Of a DNA stretch of 64,000 bases, positions 63,716 to 64,000 are shown piece by piece. Position numbers and translations under genes: made by a program. The DNA comes from Octopus vulgaris (taxonomy: Eukaryota), in NCBI GenBank assembly GCA_951406725.2, contig OX597824.1:25792001-25856000 (forward strand), in the 5' to 3' direction. Each line of letters begins with the position of its first letter. The stretch's first letter is position 1. The notes under the pieces are model-generated. The model was not told the DNA's origin. It did no database searches and worked only from the letters and a program-made list of their open reading frames with translations.

Positions 63716-63960
63716 GCATGACAAAATGAAAAGTAGCATTCCAAATCCTAACCTTCCCCTTTAGAGCAGAATATACTTCAAACCTGAGTAACAACCCACA
63801 CTCTAGAAAGCTTGAGTGAAACCCATGATGCAAGACTGCTTCCACAACTGGGAAAGTACTTTTAAAAAACAAAAACATCTTAGACTGTATCCAAAAGAAG
63901 ACCATTCTCATTATTATCAAGAACCTACTAACTCACACTAGTAGCAATGTAGTTCACAGA

Positions 63961-64000
63961 GGATCTTTTCGGTTTGAACGGCAGTTTTTTCTAGCGGTGT
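63961..64000. mobile_element. Same MITE family, cut by the window end
   Basis: ggatcttttcggtttgaacggcagttttt TIR. Confidence 0.85.

Overview
Eukaryotic, AT-rich, repeat-saturated genomic DNA; the SINE/LINE content points to an octopus (coleoid cephalopod) genome, which is an inference from family recognition. Three spliced housekeeping genes can be rebuilt by hand with phase-consistent GT-AG junctions. NDUFB11 (complex I ESSS subunit) is on the minus strand, 3 coding exons, 164 aa, 3391-20236. ATRIP is on the plus strand, 12 coding exons, 901 aa, 26162-57702, head-to-head with NDUFB11. The last exon of TXNL4B/Dim2 (minus, 60848-61013) converges on ATRIP. Nearly everything else is transposon-derived: at least four tRNA-derived SINE types, many 5'-truncated RTE LINE 3' ends, CR1 ends, mariner, Tigger/pogo, piggyBac, hAT, GG-terminal MITEs with 8-9 bp TSDs, non-autonomous Helitrons and a Penelope-like (GIY-YIG) element. 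Most short ORFs in the track are repeat artefacts. The most unusual item is the Penelope element: both of its inverted terminal repeats carry a tRNA-like Pol III cassette followed by a minimal hammerhead ribozyme. Also notable are head-to-tail SINE multimers with one fixed junction, a covarying hairpin/pseudoknot array in the RTE 3'UTR, a PHD-type finger inside RTE ORF2 and a Cys-rich insert in ATRIP.
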